From Bdellovibrionales bacterium (lineage in GTDB: Bacteria; Bdellovibrionota; Bdellovibrionia; Bdellovibrionales; DASUEL01): a DNA stretch of 24,766 nucleotides. The position numbers were made by a program, and so were the translations under genes. Position 1 is the stretch's first letter. Each line of letters opens with the position of its first letter. The notes below the pieces were generated by a model. It was not told the DNA's origin and did no database searches. It was given only the letters and a program-made list of their open reading frames with translations. The stretch is taken from contig JBFWOZ010000044.1 in the NCBI GenBank assembly GCA_050250255.1, forward strand, positions 1 to 24,766, written 5' to 3'. Shown here piece after piece: positions 1-9,060 of this stretch.

Positions 1-1
1 C

Positions 2-247
2 GGTTTTAAGATCGCGGAAGCCGATCTCGCGATGAGGGGGCCGGGCGAATTTTTAGGACGTCGTCAAAGTGGGCTTCCTGGATTTCGCATGGCTCATCTC
101 GTAAGGGATGCGGAAATCTTGAGCGAAGCCAGGCGAGCCGCTTTCGATCTTGTGCAGAAAGACCCAAATCTTCAGACGGAACAAAACGCGGCGACTCGCG
201 AAGAGTTTCACAAATCTCAGTCTCGGGATGAGCTCTTTATTGGGTGA
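2..247 (+). CDS. recG: ATP-dependent DNA helicase RecG, C-terminal fragment (5' end outside window)
   Basis: The frame is open from base 2 and reads GFKIAEADLAMRGPGEFLGRRQSGLP, the RecG TRG motif (GFxIAExDLxxRGPGExxGxxQSG). Stop TGA at 245-247. Confidence 0.93.
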   Translation, partial: GFKIAEADLAMRGPGEFLGRRQSGLPGFRMAHLVRDAEILSEARRAAFDLVQKDPNLQTEQNAATREEFHKSQSRDELFIG

Positions 248-441
248 CAAAATTTCAACACTCAAAAGCACACAATTTTTCCATAGTTCTGCTCAGAATA
301 TAGCCGCTAAATCTATTTGGTCATAATTAAAAAATAATTAATAATTTCATATAGTTATTGATATTGTCTTAAGCTCTTGTTCAATTTATTTTTTCTTCGG
401 ACTGTCGAAAAACAAAACACTTCAACTTGCTTGTGGGTTTC

Positions 442-470
442 TTGATTAATCGTGTCAAAAATGATAGACC
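442..470 (+). promoter_or_regulatory. Candidate sigma70-type promoter for carD
   Basis: TTGATT (442-447), 17-nt spacer with TG at 462-463, then TAGACC (465-470). It lies downstream of a very AT-rich tract. Motif match only. Confidence 0.4.
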
Positions 471-533
471 TTTGTTTTCGCCCACACTCTAAAAAAGTTT
501 TTGTAAGTTGCGGATGTGGGAAAGGGAGTTTTA

Positions 534-1034
534 ATGACGCAGGAAAAGGCCCAGTTCAAAGTTGGTGATAAGGCCGTTTATCCAGGGCATGGAGTTGGTA
601 CGGTAACTTCCGTGGAATCCAAAGAAATTTTGGGAAAAAAGCACAGCTTCTATACCCTTGAAATCATGGATAGCGGAATGAAGATCATGGTCCCCATGGA
701 TAATGTGAAATCTGTGGGTCTTAGAGCTATTATCTCTGAAGATGAGGCTAACGAAGTCATTAAGATTCTGAAAATCAAAGATGTCAAAATCGACAATCAA
801 ACATGGAATCGCCGTTACCGCGAATACATGGAGAAAATCAAAACCGGTTCTGTCTACGAAATCGCCGAAGTTTTACGAGATCTTTTCGTTCTTCGCGTCG
901 ATAAAGAACTGAGCTTTGGCGAGCGCAAAATGCTCGATACAGCGCGTAGTTTGCTGGTGAAAGAGCTCAGCCTTGCGAAGGATCCTGAGCAATTGGCTCA
1001 AGAGGCCGAAGTGAAAGAGATTTTCGGTCTTTAA
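534..1034 (+). CDS. carD: CarD/CdnL family RNA polymerase-binding transcription factor
   Basis: FKVGDKAVYPGHGVG N-terminal RNAP-interaction domain, WNRRYRE motif with the conserved Trp, and LSFGERKML. ATG 534 follows GGGAG, so it is preferred over GTG 516. Confidence 0.95.
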   Translation: MTQEKAQFKVGDKAVYPGHGVGTVTSVESKEILGKKHSFYTLEIMDSGMKIMVPMDNVKSVGLRAIISEDEANEVIKILKIKDVKIDNQTWNRRYREYMEKIKTGSVYEIAEVLRDLFVLRVDKELSFGERKMLDTARSLLVKELSLAKDPEQLAQEAEVKEIFGL

Positions 1035-1092
1035 TCGGGATTAAGCCTTTCAAAGATTGTGTGTCCTAGCGGAGAATGATATTTCCATAAGG

Positions 1093-2559
1093 ATGACCAC
1101 AACAGAAAAAAATAAAAATGTACGTGTCCGTTTCGCTCCAAGTCCTACGGGATACCTTCATGTAGGAGGAGCTCGAACAGCTCTATATAATTGGCTCTAT
1201 GCTCGTGCCTCTGGAGGGAAATTTATTCTCCGCGTGGAAGACACGGATCAAGTGCGCAGTACTCAAGAATTTTTGCAAAAACAAATGGATGACCTTAAGT
1301 GGTTAGGTCTTGATTGGGATGAAGGCGAAGGTGTTGGTGGGAACTATGGTCCCTACAAACAGAGCCAGCGACTTCATATCTATAAAGAACATGCAGACAA
1401 ATTACTCGCGCAAGGGACAGCGTTCTACTGCTTCTGCACGGACCAAGAATTAGAAATTAAAAAGCAAGAAGCCATGCGTATCGGTAAGCCTCCGCAGTAT
1501 GACGGAATTTGCCGCAAACTTTCTAAAGAAGAAGTGGATGCTCGTCTTGCAAAAAATGAGAAGGCAGCGGTTCGTTTTCATATTGCTAACCGTAAGGCTG
1601 AATACAAATTTAAAGATTTAATTCGAGGTGAAGTGACTTTCCCATCAGATATGGTGGGGGATTTTGTGATCCTTCGCTCTGATAAAATGCCGGTTTATAA
1701 CTTTTGTTGCGTGATTGATGATGCTTTGATGAAAATCACTCACGTCCTTCGTGCAGAAGAGCATCTCAGCAATACCGTTCGTCAATTGATGCTTTATGAA
1801 GCCTTCGGTTACGAAATTCCAGAATTTGGACATCTCTCGATTATTTTAGGACCCGATCGTCAGAAATTGAGCAAGCGCCATGGGGCGACTTCGGTCTTCC
1901 AATATAAAGAGTCTGGATTTCTTCCAGAGGCTATGAATAACTTCGTATCTCTTCTTGGTTGGTCTTCGCCAAAGGGCGACGAAGTGATGACCATGCAGAG
2001 TATGCAAGAGCAGTTCACGCTGGATCGTTTCAATCCGGCCGCGGCGGTTTTTGATGAAGTGAAACTCAAGTGGATGAACTCCGTTCATTTGCGCAATCTT
2101 CCAGAGGCTGAGCTTTGGAAACGAGTAAAACCTTTCTTGGAAAACCAAGGTCTTCGCTTCAGTCATCCCGATTCTTGGGCAGAGATGTGTCTTAGCGCTT
2201 TTAAAACTTCGATGGAAACTTTAGCGGATGCAGTAGCGCTCTTCAAACCTCTTTCTGATGAAGCTTATCAGGTGAGTGCGGAAGGTTTGCCTGTGGCAAA
2301 AGGGTCGCGCGCGGTGATCGAGATGTGGCGAGATAAATTAAAGACCGCAGGCGTGGAATTTCTTACAGAAGCGCAATTCAACGATATTCAGGCCGCGGTA
2401 CAAAAAGAAAGTGGCGCCAATGGCAAAACTTTGTTCCAACCACTACGTGTTGCTGTTGTGGGTGTCCCTCAAGGGGTAGAGCTTAAAAAACTAGCGCCAC
2501 TTTTGCCGGTAAAATCATTAATTGCACGTGCAGAACTGTGCTTGAGCGCAATGAATTAA
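1093..2559 (+). CDS. gltX: Glutamate--tRNA ligase
   Basis: VRVRFAPSPTGYLHVGG (HIGH motif), LRVEDTD, KLSKRHG (KMSKS-like) and a full anticodon-binding domain. ATG 1093 is preferred over the TTG at 1057. Confidence 0.96.
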   Translation: MTTTEKNKNVRVRFAPSPTGYLHVGGARTALYNWLYARASGGKFILRVEDTDQVRSTQEFLQKQMDDLKWLGLDWDEGEGVGGNYGPYKQSQRLHIYKEHADKLLAQGTAFYCFCTDQELEIKKQEAMRIGKPPQYDGICRKLSKEEVDARLAKNEKAAVRFHIANRKAEYKFKDLIRGEVTFPSDMVGDFVILRSDKMPVYNFCCVIDDALMKITHVLRAEEHLSNTVRQLMLYEAFGYEIPEFGHLSIILGPDRQKLSKRHGATSVFQYKESGFLPEAMNNFVSLLGWSSPKGDEVMTMQSMQEQFTLDRFNPAAAVFDEVKLKWMNSVHLRNLPEAELWKRVKPFLENQGLRFSHPDSWAEMCLSAFKTSMETLADAVALFKPLSDEAYQVSAEGLPVAKGSRAVIEMWRDKLKTAGVEFLTEAQFNDIQAAVQKESGANGKTLFQPLRVAVVGVPQGVELKKLAPLLPVKSLIARAELCLSAMN

Positions 2560-2566
2560 GGGTTTC

Positions 2567-4024
2567 ATGAGCGAGATCAAAGTTTACAATACAAAGACGA
2601 GACAAAAAGAGACTTTTAAACCGTTAAAAGATGGAGAAGTGAAAATCTATCTTTGCGGACCTACCGTATACGATTTTCTCCACATCGGAAATTTTCGTGG
2701 TGCGATTGTTTTTAATTTGATTCGTAATTGGTTTGAAAAGAGCGGATTTAAAGTCACATTTGTTTATAACTACACAGATGTGGACGATAAAATCATTAAA
2801 CGAGCCAACGAATTAAAGATCTCTTCTCATGATTTAGCGACTCAGTTTATCGGGGAATTTGAAAAAGACTTTAAAGCGTTAGGTCTTAAGCCTCATGATC
2901 ATAATCCGCGTGTCACGGAATACATGGATGAGATCATTCAGATGGTGCAGCAGTTGATTGAAAAAAATCATGCTTATGTTGTGGATGGCGAAGTGTTTTA
3001 CGCCGTGGATTCTTTTGAACCATATGGAAAATTAAGCCATAAAAATATCGATGAACTTCAATCTGGTATTCGAGTTGAGATTGGGTCTAAAAAGAAAAAT
3101 CCCCTCGACTTTTCTCTTTGGAAGCCTGCAAAGTCTGGTGAGCCTAAGTGGAGTTCTCCTTGGGGTGATGGTCGTCCTGGCTGGCATATTGAGTGTTCAG
3201 CGATGAGCCATAAAATTTTAGGTGAAACATTTGATATTCATGGCGGTGGCATTGATTTGATTTTCCCACACCATGAAAACGAAATTGCTCAAAGTGAAGG
3301 CTCTACGGGTAAAACCATGGCCAACTACTGGGTGCATAATAATTTTATTAATTTCGGCTCAGAGAAGATGTCCAAGTCTCTTGGGAATGTGACGACAGTT
3401 CGTAAATTTTTAGAAAAATATAATCCCGAAATTTTAAAGTATCTTATCTTGATGGCCCATTACCGTAGCCATAGTGACTTCTCTCCGACGCAAATTGAAA
3501 ACGCGATCCGTGCCTTGGCTCGTATTTATTCAGGCCTTGCGTTGGTGCAAACGGTTCTGAAGAGTTCTGTTGCGCCGGAAGTGGATAAGAATTTTGAAAA
3601 GCAAATTCAAGAGGCCTCGGTTTTACGTTCGGAAGCTTTAAACGATGATTTTAACACTCCAGAAGTTTTTGCGCGTGTCTTTGAATTGATTCGTTCATTT
3701 AATGCAGGCTATCGACCCGGTATGAAGGTCACTCCGCAGGTAAAATGGCGAGCCACAGAACTTCAAAAATTTATTCTTGAGAGTGGTGAGCTTATGTCGC
3801 TTTTTCAAGAAGCACCTGATAAGTTTTTGAGACTTCTTGATGATATGCTCTTAGAGCAAATGGGAATTCAACGTGCGAACATTGATAGTCTCATTCAAGA
3901 GAGAAATCAGGCTCGTCAGGCAAAAGACTTTAAGAAGAGTGATGAATTGCGCGCTCAACTTGTTGGTCAAGGAATTGCAGTCCACGATTCCGTGGAGGGA
4001 ACTTTATGGGAAGTTCAAAAATAA
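2567..4024 (+). CDS. cysS: Cysteine--tRNA ligase
   Basis: [44 protein letters not shown] and KMSKSLGN. Confidence 0.97.
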   Translation: MSEIKVYNTKTRQKETFKPLKDGEVKIYLCGPTVYDFLHIGNFRGAIVFNLIRNWFEKSGFKVTFVYNYTDVDDKIIKRANELKISSHDLATQFIGEFEKDFKALGLKPHDHNPRVTEYMDEIIQMVQQLIEKNHAYVVDGEVFYAVDSFEPYGKLSHKNIDELQSGIRVEIGSKKKNPLDFSLWKPAKSGEPKWSSPWGDGRPGWHIECSAMSHKILGETFDIHGGGIDLIFPHHENEIAQSEGSTGKTMANYWVHNNFINFGSEKMSKSLGNVTTVRKFLEKYNPEILKYLILMAHYRSHSDFSPTQIENAIRALARIYSGLALVQTVLKSSVAPEVDKNFEKQIQEASVLRSEALNDDFNTPEVFARVFELIRSFNAGYRPGMKVTPQVKWRATELQKFILESGELMSLFQEAPDKFLRLLDDMLLEQMGIQRANIDSLIQERNQARQAKDFKKSDELRAQLVGQGIAVHDSVEGTLWEVQK

Positions 4025-6114
4025 CTTCTAGCCGTAAGGGGCGAACGAAAAAAGTTGCCAATTCTTCACAGAAAAGCCTTTTCCAATTAGTTTCAGATTT
4101 CGAACCTGCCGGTGATCAGCCAAAAGCTATCGAATCGATCGTTGAAAACTTTAAAGCGGGCCAAAAACATCAGGTGCTTCTGGGCGTTACGGGTTCTGGA
4201 AAAACCTTTACCATGGCTCATACGATTGCTCAGTTAGGAGAGCCTGCTCTCATCATGGCCCCGAATAAAACACTTGCGGCGCAATTGTTTACGGAATTCA
4301 GATCTCTTTTCCCGCACAATGCTGTTGAATATTTTGTGAGTTATTACGACTACTATCAGCCAGAGGCTTATCTTCCAGCCAGCGATACCTTTATTGAAAA
4401 GGATTCGGCGATTAATGAGCAGATTGATCGTATGAGACACTCGGCGACGCGTTCTTTATTGGAACGTAAAGATGTCATCATTGTCAGCAGCGTCTCTTGC
4501 ATTTATGGTCTCGGTAGTCCCGAAGCCTATGAAGGCATGGTGCTCGTCTTAGAGGTGAACGAAGAAATTCGACGAGACGCTCTTCTTCGAGAGCTGATTC
4601 GCATTCAATACAACCGCAACGATGTGGATTTTTCGCGTGGAACCATTCGTGCGAAAGGTGACGTCGTTGAGATTTTTCCTCCTTACGAGGAGGACCGGGC
4701 CATCCGTCTTGAATTTTTTGGGGATTACATCGAAAAAATAAGTTGGGTTGATCCTCTTAAAAGAACCGTGCTCGAGGAAGTAGAACAGATTGCGATCTAT
4801 CCAGCGAGTCATTTTGTGAACACAGAAGAGAGATTTAAAAAGGCTATTGGACAAATGCAGGGAGATCTTAAAGACCGCATTGTTGAATTAAAAGAGCACA
4901 TGAAGCTCGTTGAAGCTCAGCGCCTGGAACAGAGGACCTACTACGATATTGAAATGATGGAAGAGCTGGGATTTTGTCCTGGAATTGAAAATTACTCTCG
5001 TTATTTTACAGGACGTGGACCGGGTGAACCTCCACCAACTCTCCTTGATTACTTTCCTGACAACATGATTGCGTTTCTTGATGAAAGTCATGTGACCGTT
5101 CCGCAAATTGGGGGAATGTATCGTGGGGATCGTGCACGAAAACTAAATCTTGTTGAACATGGATTTCGTTTACCAGCGGCACTGGATAACCGCCCACTCA
5201 ATTTTCAAGAGTTTGAAGCCTTGATGGATAAAGTTCTTTATGTTTCCGCAACACCTGGTCCTTACGAAGTTCAAAAAAGCGGTGGACTCTTGGTGGAGCA
5301 AATCATTCGTCCTACGGGTCTCATAGATCCCCAAATCACCGTGAAACCTGCAAAACATCAGGTGGATGATTTGCTCGGAGAACTTCGCAAACGTATCGAA
5401 AAGAAAGAGCGAGTGCTCATCACGACGCTGACGAAGAAAAGTGCGGAGGATTTGACCGAATATTATCAAGGGCTCGGTATAAAGGTGAAGTACCTGCACA
5501 GTGATATCGATACGCTCGAGCGAACAGATATTTTAAGAGATCTTCGTTTAGGTCTTTTTGATGTGCTCGTGGGAATTAACTTACTGAGAGAGGGTTTGGA
5601 TTTACCAGAAGTAAGTCTTGTCGCTATTACCGATGCCGATAAAGAAGGGTTTTTGAGATCAGAGCGTTCTCTCATTCAAACAATCGGTCGCGCGGCGAGA
5701 AATATCAATGGAACCGTGATTATGTACGCCGACCAAATGACCGATTCGATGAAAAAGGCGATTTCTGAAACGAATCGTCGTCGTGCGATTCAAGAAGAAT
5801 ACAACAAAACCCATGGCATCACTCCGGCGAGTATTAAGAAACAAATCAGTGAAGGAATTGTTAACATTTATCACTCAAAGGGTGGGGTGGTTGTTCGGGA
5901 AACTCCTCAGTATCTTGTGGCCGATGTTCAAAAGGAGTACGGCACGGATCCTCAAAAAGTGAAATCAAAAATTGTCGAACTTCGTCGAAAAATGAAAAAA
6001 GCTGCGGAAGGATTGAACTTTGAAGAGGCTGCGGAACTTCGTGATCAGGTCAAGAGATTGGAACTCTTAGAGCTCAATCTTATTGGTTTACCGGGGGGAT
6101 CCGTTTCGGAGTAA
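4006..6114 (+). CDS. uvrB: Excinuclease ABC subunit B
   Basis: GVTGSGKT Walker [13 protein letters not shown] beta-hairpin, [23 protein letters not shown] and a C-terminal UVR motif (FEEAAELRD). ATG 4006 follows GGAGGGG and overlaps the cysS 3' end. Confidence 0.97.
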   Translation: MGSSKITSSRKGRTKKVANSSQKSLFQLVSDFEPAGDQPKAIESIVENFKAGQKHQVLLGVTGSGKTFTMAHTIAQLGEPALIMAPNKTLAAQLFTEFRSLFPHNAVEYFVSYYDYYQPEAYLPASDTFIEKDSAINEQIDRMRHSATRSLLERKDVIIVSSVSCIYGLGSPEAYEGMVLVLEVNEEIRRDALLRELIRIQYNRNDVDFSRGTIRAKGDVVEIFPPYEEDRAIRLEFFGDYIEKISWVDPLKRTVLEEVEQIAIYPASHFVNTEERFKKAIGQMQGDLKDRIVELKEHMKLVEAQRLEQRTYYDIEMMEELGFCPGIENYSRYFTGRGPGEPPPTLLDYFPDNMIAFLDESHVTVPQIGGMYRGDRARKLNLVEHGFRLPAALDNRPLNFQEFEALMDKVLYVSATPGPYEVQKSGGLLVEQIIRPTGLIDPQITVKPAKHQVDDLLGELRKRIEKKERVLITTLTKKSAEDLTEYYQGLGIKVKYLHSDIDTLERTDILRDLRLGLFDVLVGINLLREGLDLPEVSLVAITDADKEGFLRSERSLIQTIGRAARNINGTVIMYADQMTDSMKKAISETNRRRAIQEEYNKTHGITPASIKKQISEGIVNIYHSKGGVVVRETPQYLVADVQKEYGTDPQKVKSKIVELRRKMKKAAEGLNFEEAAELRDQVKRLELLELNLIGLPGGSVSE

Positions 6115-6119
6115 GCACT

Positions 6120-7037
6120 TCACGGTTGCCCTTTGACGAGTTGGTAAAGCCCACGAAGGAGTCGGCCATCCATGTGATCAGTGTTGTCGATCAAATACAT
6201 TTCTGAAGCGGCTGAGAGAGTCAGTTTACGTTCGCGGCAGTAGCGATCGTAGTGGTTGCAGATGTTAAGAATTTGCGAAAGTAAATTGAGTTTTTTCATA
6301 CTAGCCGCATCTCGCTCGTGATCTAGTATCAACTGAAGAATGTTAGGGCTGATATAACGTTTTTTCCCTAATATTTCTTTCGCCATTTCGGGGTGTTTTT
6401 CATATTCCGCGAGCTGTTCTGCTGTCATTTGAGACTTAGGAGTCATGGGATCGAAAGACAAATTCATTAGACCCACATCGTGAAGGAGAGCGGCAGTCCC
6501 AAGTTCCAAAAGATGCTTGGTGTCTTTGATGTCAAAGGTATCGGCGAGAGAAATGGCAAGACTGGAGACGGTGGCGCAATGCTGATGAATATCTTCCGAC
6601 ATACCTACTTCTGAAATCATTTGTCGAACGGCTGTTTTGTCGGACTGTAAAAAATCTGTGATTTTTTCGAGTTGTTTTTGAGTCCTCTGATAACTCTTCT
6701 CTGATTCAATGGTACTTTTAATACTTTCACTCATCGTGACCAAAGCCGCGTTGGCAATTTCCGCATTTTTTTCTGGGGGCACGCTAGGGTGACCAATCTG
6801 ACTCAGTCCTTCGTCGAGGTAGTTAAGATAGTCCGTTTCTTGCGCTTTAGGGATATAAAGCTTTTTGCTGCCTTTGGCTTTGAGTTTGTTAATTCGCTCT
6901 AAGTCTATGGTATCAGATAATTTTATGTAATGAACGTAATGGTCCGATAAAGGAATATAGATATCGAATGTGGCAACACTGCCATCGCGGAGTGTACCCA
7001 GTCGAATGGGAATATAATCTGGAGGTTTTGCACTCAT
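6120..7037 (-). CDS. HD-GYP-like (HD domain) protein, degenerate: GYP loop missing
   Basis: H..V..LA...AALLHDVG and KHPEMAKEIL match HD-GYP architecture, but HHERxDGxGYP reads DHERDAASMKK. ATG at 7037 is preceded by AAAGGA on the minus strand. Alternative TTG start at 7079. Confidence 0.82.
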   Translation of the reverse strand: MSAKPPDYIPIRLGTLRDGSVATFDIYIPLSDHYVHYIKLSDTIDLERINKLKAKGSKKLYIPKAQETDYLNYLDEGLSQIGHPSVPPEKNAEIANAALVTMSESIKSTIESEKSYQRTQKQLEKITDFLQSDKTAVRQMISEVGMSEDIHQHCATVSSLAISLADTFDIKDTKHLLELGTAALLHDVGLMNLSFDPMTPKSQMTAEQLAEYEKHPEMAKEILGKKRYISPNILQLILDHERDAASMKKLNLLSQILNICNHYDRYCRERKLTLSAASEMYLIDNTDHMDGRLLRGLYQLVKGQP

Positions 7038-7539
7038 GTCTGAATCCTTTATTCCAAAAGAAATTTTAGTGGAATTCAAAAAAGAGTCTACTCAAATGTT
7101 GCAGAAATTGTCTGTGGTCGTCGAGAAGCTCGAGGATTGGCATGGACCCTTTCCAAAACTTGAAATGGTGGACTTTGCCATGAAGATTGATCAAATCCTC
7201 AAACATATGAGTTCTGTAGAAAAATATTTGCCCCAACACGCGGGTTTTAAGGCCATGAAGCAAATCGCGGGTGTCTGTAAATACATGGGCTATAAAGCCA
7301 ATGAACAGCCGAATCCCAATTTAGTTCCAGTTTTGTCAGCTTTTTGGGCCGATTCCATCGAGTTTGTTCAGAATTTGGTGGACGCGATCGACAATCCTGA
7401 AGAAAGCGCCATTGTGGTGAAGCAAGTGGGTGATGTTTTAGTAAAACGACTACAATGGGTTGTTAAAAAAATGAATCCGAACATGACCGACGTCACCATC
7501 AAAGATTTGAATTTTGATGACCTTGAAAAAGTAAGCTAA
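7036..7539 (+). CDS. Hypothetical all-helical protein resembling an HPt/CheA-P1 four-helix bundle, lacking the canonical His
   Basis: 167-aa ORF with GGAGG at 7021-7025. EILVEFKKESTQMLQKL resembles HPt helix A. The FRxxHTxKG position reads FAMKIDQILKH. The gene is well supported; the fold is inferred. Confidence 0.65.
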   Translation: MSESFIPKEILVEFKKESTQMLQKLSVVVEKLEDWHGPFPKLEMVDFAMKIDQILKHMSSVEKYLPQHAGFKAMKQIAGVCKYMGYKANEQPNPNLVPVLSAFWADSIEFVQNLVDAIDNPEESAIVVKQVGDVLVKRLQWVVKKMNPNMTDVTIKDLNFDDLEKVS

Positions 7540-8094
7540 CTAAACAGCGACAACTTCTTTAATTTCAGGAACCGCATCTTTAAGACGTGTCTCAATTCCC
7601 ATTTTTAAAGTGTAAGTCGAGCTTGGACAGCCGGCGCAGCTTCCCTTCATGCGAAGGTAAACCACGTTGTTCTCATATTTTTGAAAGAGAATGTCTCCGC
7701 CATCCATTGCGACAGCGGGGCGTACATCGCGCTCGATGATTTCGATAATTTTTTGTACTACGGGATCATCGGATTGCGGGTGAGCTTCGGGTGCAGCGGC
7801 AGGTGCTGAGCCTACGATACCAAGCCCGTCGTTGAGATGTTCTTCGATGAGATCGCGAAGGGGTTCTGAAAGGACATCCCAATCCACCCAATCCTGTTTC
7901 GTGATTGTGATGAAATCAGTGCCTACGAAAACTCCAGCCATCCAGGGAAATCCAAAAAGCTTTTCGGCGAGAGGTGAGCTTGAAGCTTCCGTTGAGGATG
8001 TATAGGCGACCGGTTCTTCGATGATATTTTGGTTCACCATGAACTTCATACTGTTAGGGTTTGGGGTGTTTTCATATGTGACGGAATAAGCCAT
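7540..8094 (-). CDS. Nfu-type Fe-S cluster carrier (Nfu_N plus NifU C-terminal domain)
   Basis: N-terminal TPNPNSMKF...SPLAEKLF...DFITITK..W and C-terminal VRPAVAMDGGDI...GSCAGCPSS with CxxC. RBS GAGG upstream. Confidence 0.93.
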   Translation of the reverse strand: MAYSVTYENTPNPNSMKFMVNQNIIEEPVAYTSSTEASSSPLAEKLFGFPWMAGVFVGTDFITITKQDWVDWDVLSEPLRDLIEEHLNDGLGIVGSAPAAAPEAHPQSDDPVVQKIIEIIERDVRPAVAMDGGDILFQKYENNVVYLRMKGSCAGCPSSTYTLKMGIETRLKDAVPEIKEVVAV

Positions 8095-8186
8095 TTTTAC
8101 CTCTGGCCTTGAGTTGTACTCCTTTTTCGGGGCAATGGGAATAGGTGGGTTGAAAGCGCGTCACGGTTCCGCTAAAAGAGTAGGAG

Positions 8187-8963
8187 ATGGAACGAACTCC
8201 TGTATATTTTATGAGAGGTTTGAACTCCGTAGGGGATGAAATCCTGCGTTTGGGTCCTATTCCTTGTGGTACATATCACGATCGTTTTTTGCGTCCGTTT
8301 AAGGATCTCAAAATGCTTCCACTTTTAGGAATGGGTAGAGGTAGCGCTGAAAGTATGGGGGAGCGGGCTCTCAAAGCACTAAAAGCGGATCCTCAATATC
8401 AAAAGGCTGAAAAAATTCATCTCGTGGGTCACTCTCTTGGAGGCCTCGTTGCTCGCTATTTGGTTCATGATCCCGAGGTACGGTCGAAAACGCTCTCTGT
8501 CGTTACAATTGGAACTCCTCATCGTGGAACTCCGGCTGCCGAGCCGTCTCAAACACATAACTTTTTATCCCAATTCATTTATGAACTCGTGAGAGCCGCT
8601 CCAGAGAAGGCGGCAGAAAACTACCAGACCGCACGCCTTGAAGGGGCAATGGCTTTTGCTCAACGTTACCCTGATGTGGAGGGTGTTCATTATGCTTCTT
8701 TGATAGGGCATCGTCCTTACAAAAAACTTCCTTTAGGTTTTCAAATTTTAGAACAGCGAAATAATGTGAAGAGACAGCCTTCAGACGGTTTGATCCCTGC
8801 AAAGAGCCAAAGGTGGGGTCAGGTTCTGGATGAAGTTTCTCTCGATCATCTGGAGCAGATCGGCTTTTGTGGACACGTGACTCCCTGGGAACGGGTGCGG
8901 TTTTCCCTCGAATTTCAGCGACAGTGTCGAATTTTAAAAGCTTACTGGCGATCTTTCCTTTAA
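8187..8963 (+). CDS. Alpha/beta-hydrolase, triacylglycerol lipase-like
   Basis: GHSLGG nucleophile elbow, TIGTPHRGT, SDGLIP (catalytic Asp) and LDHLEQIG (catalytic His). No evident signal peptide. Confidence 0.88.
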   Translation: MERTPVYFMRGLNSVGDEILRLGPIPCGTYHDRFLRPFKDLKMLPLLGMGRGSAESMGERALKALKADPQYQKAEKIHLVGHSLGGLVARYLVHDPEVRSKTLSVVTIGTPHRGTPAAEPSQTHNFLSQFIYELVRAAPEKAAENYQTARLEGAMAFAQRYPDVEGVHYASLIGHRPYKKLPLGFQILEQRNNVKRQPSDGLIPAKSQRWGQVLDEVSLDHLEQIGFCGHVTPWERVRFSLEFQRQCRILKAYWRSFL

Positions 8964-8991
8964 GCCTGTCGCGGCATCCGCAGATGCCTGC

Positions 8992-9020
8992 TTGATTCAA
9001 ATATTTATCTGCATTAATTT
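8992..9020 (+). promoter_or_regulatory. Candidate sigma70-type promoter for the fbaB-lysS operon
   Basis: TTGATT (8992-8997), 17-nt spacer, TAATTT (9015-9020), 40 nt upstream of ATG 9061. Confidence 0.45.
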
Positions 9021-9060
9021 CGTCATGATCCAACATATTCAATCAACAATGAGGGGATGC

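Noticed and set aside
248..515. AT-rich tract as oriC or dif
   Set aside because: I found no TTWTNCACA DnaA boxes. ATTTGGTCATAA resembles one Xer arm only loosely and has no partner arm.
8973..8988. GGCATC-CGCA-GATGCC hairpin after the lipase gene as an intrinsic terminator
   Set aside because: The stem is only 6 bp and has no proper U-tract, so it is too weak to call.
8575..9042. 155-aa minus-strand ORF overlapping the lipase gene
   Set aside because: It has no recognisable domain, and the plus-strand lipase with its full catalytic triad explains the sequence.
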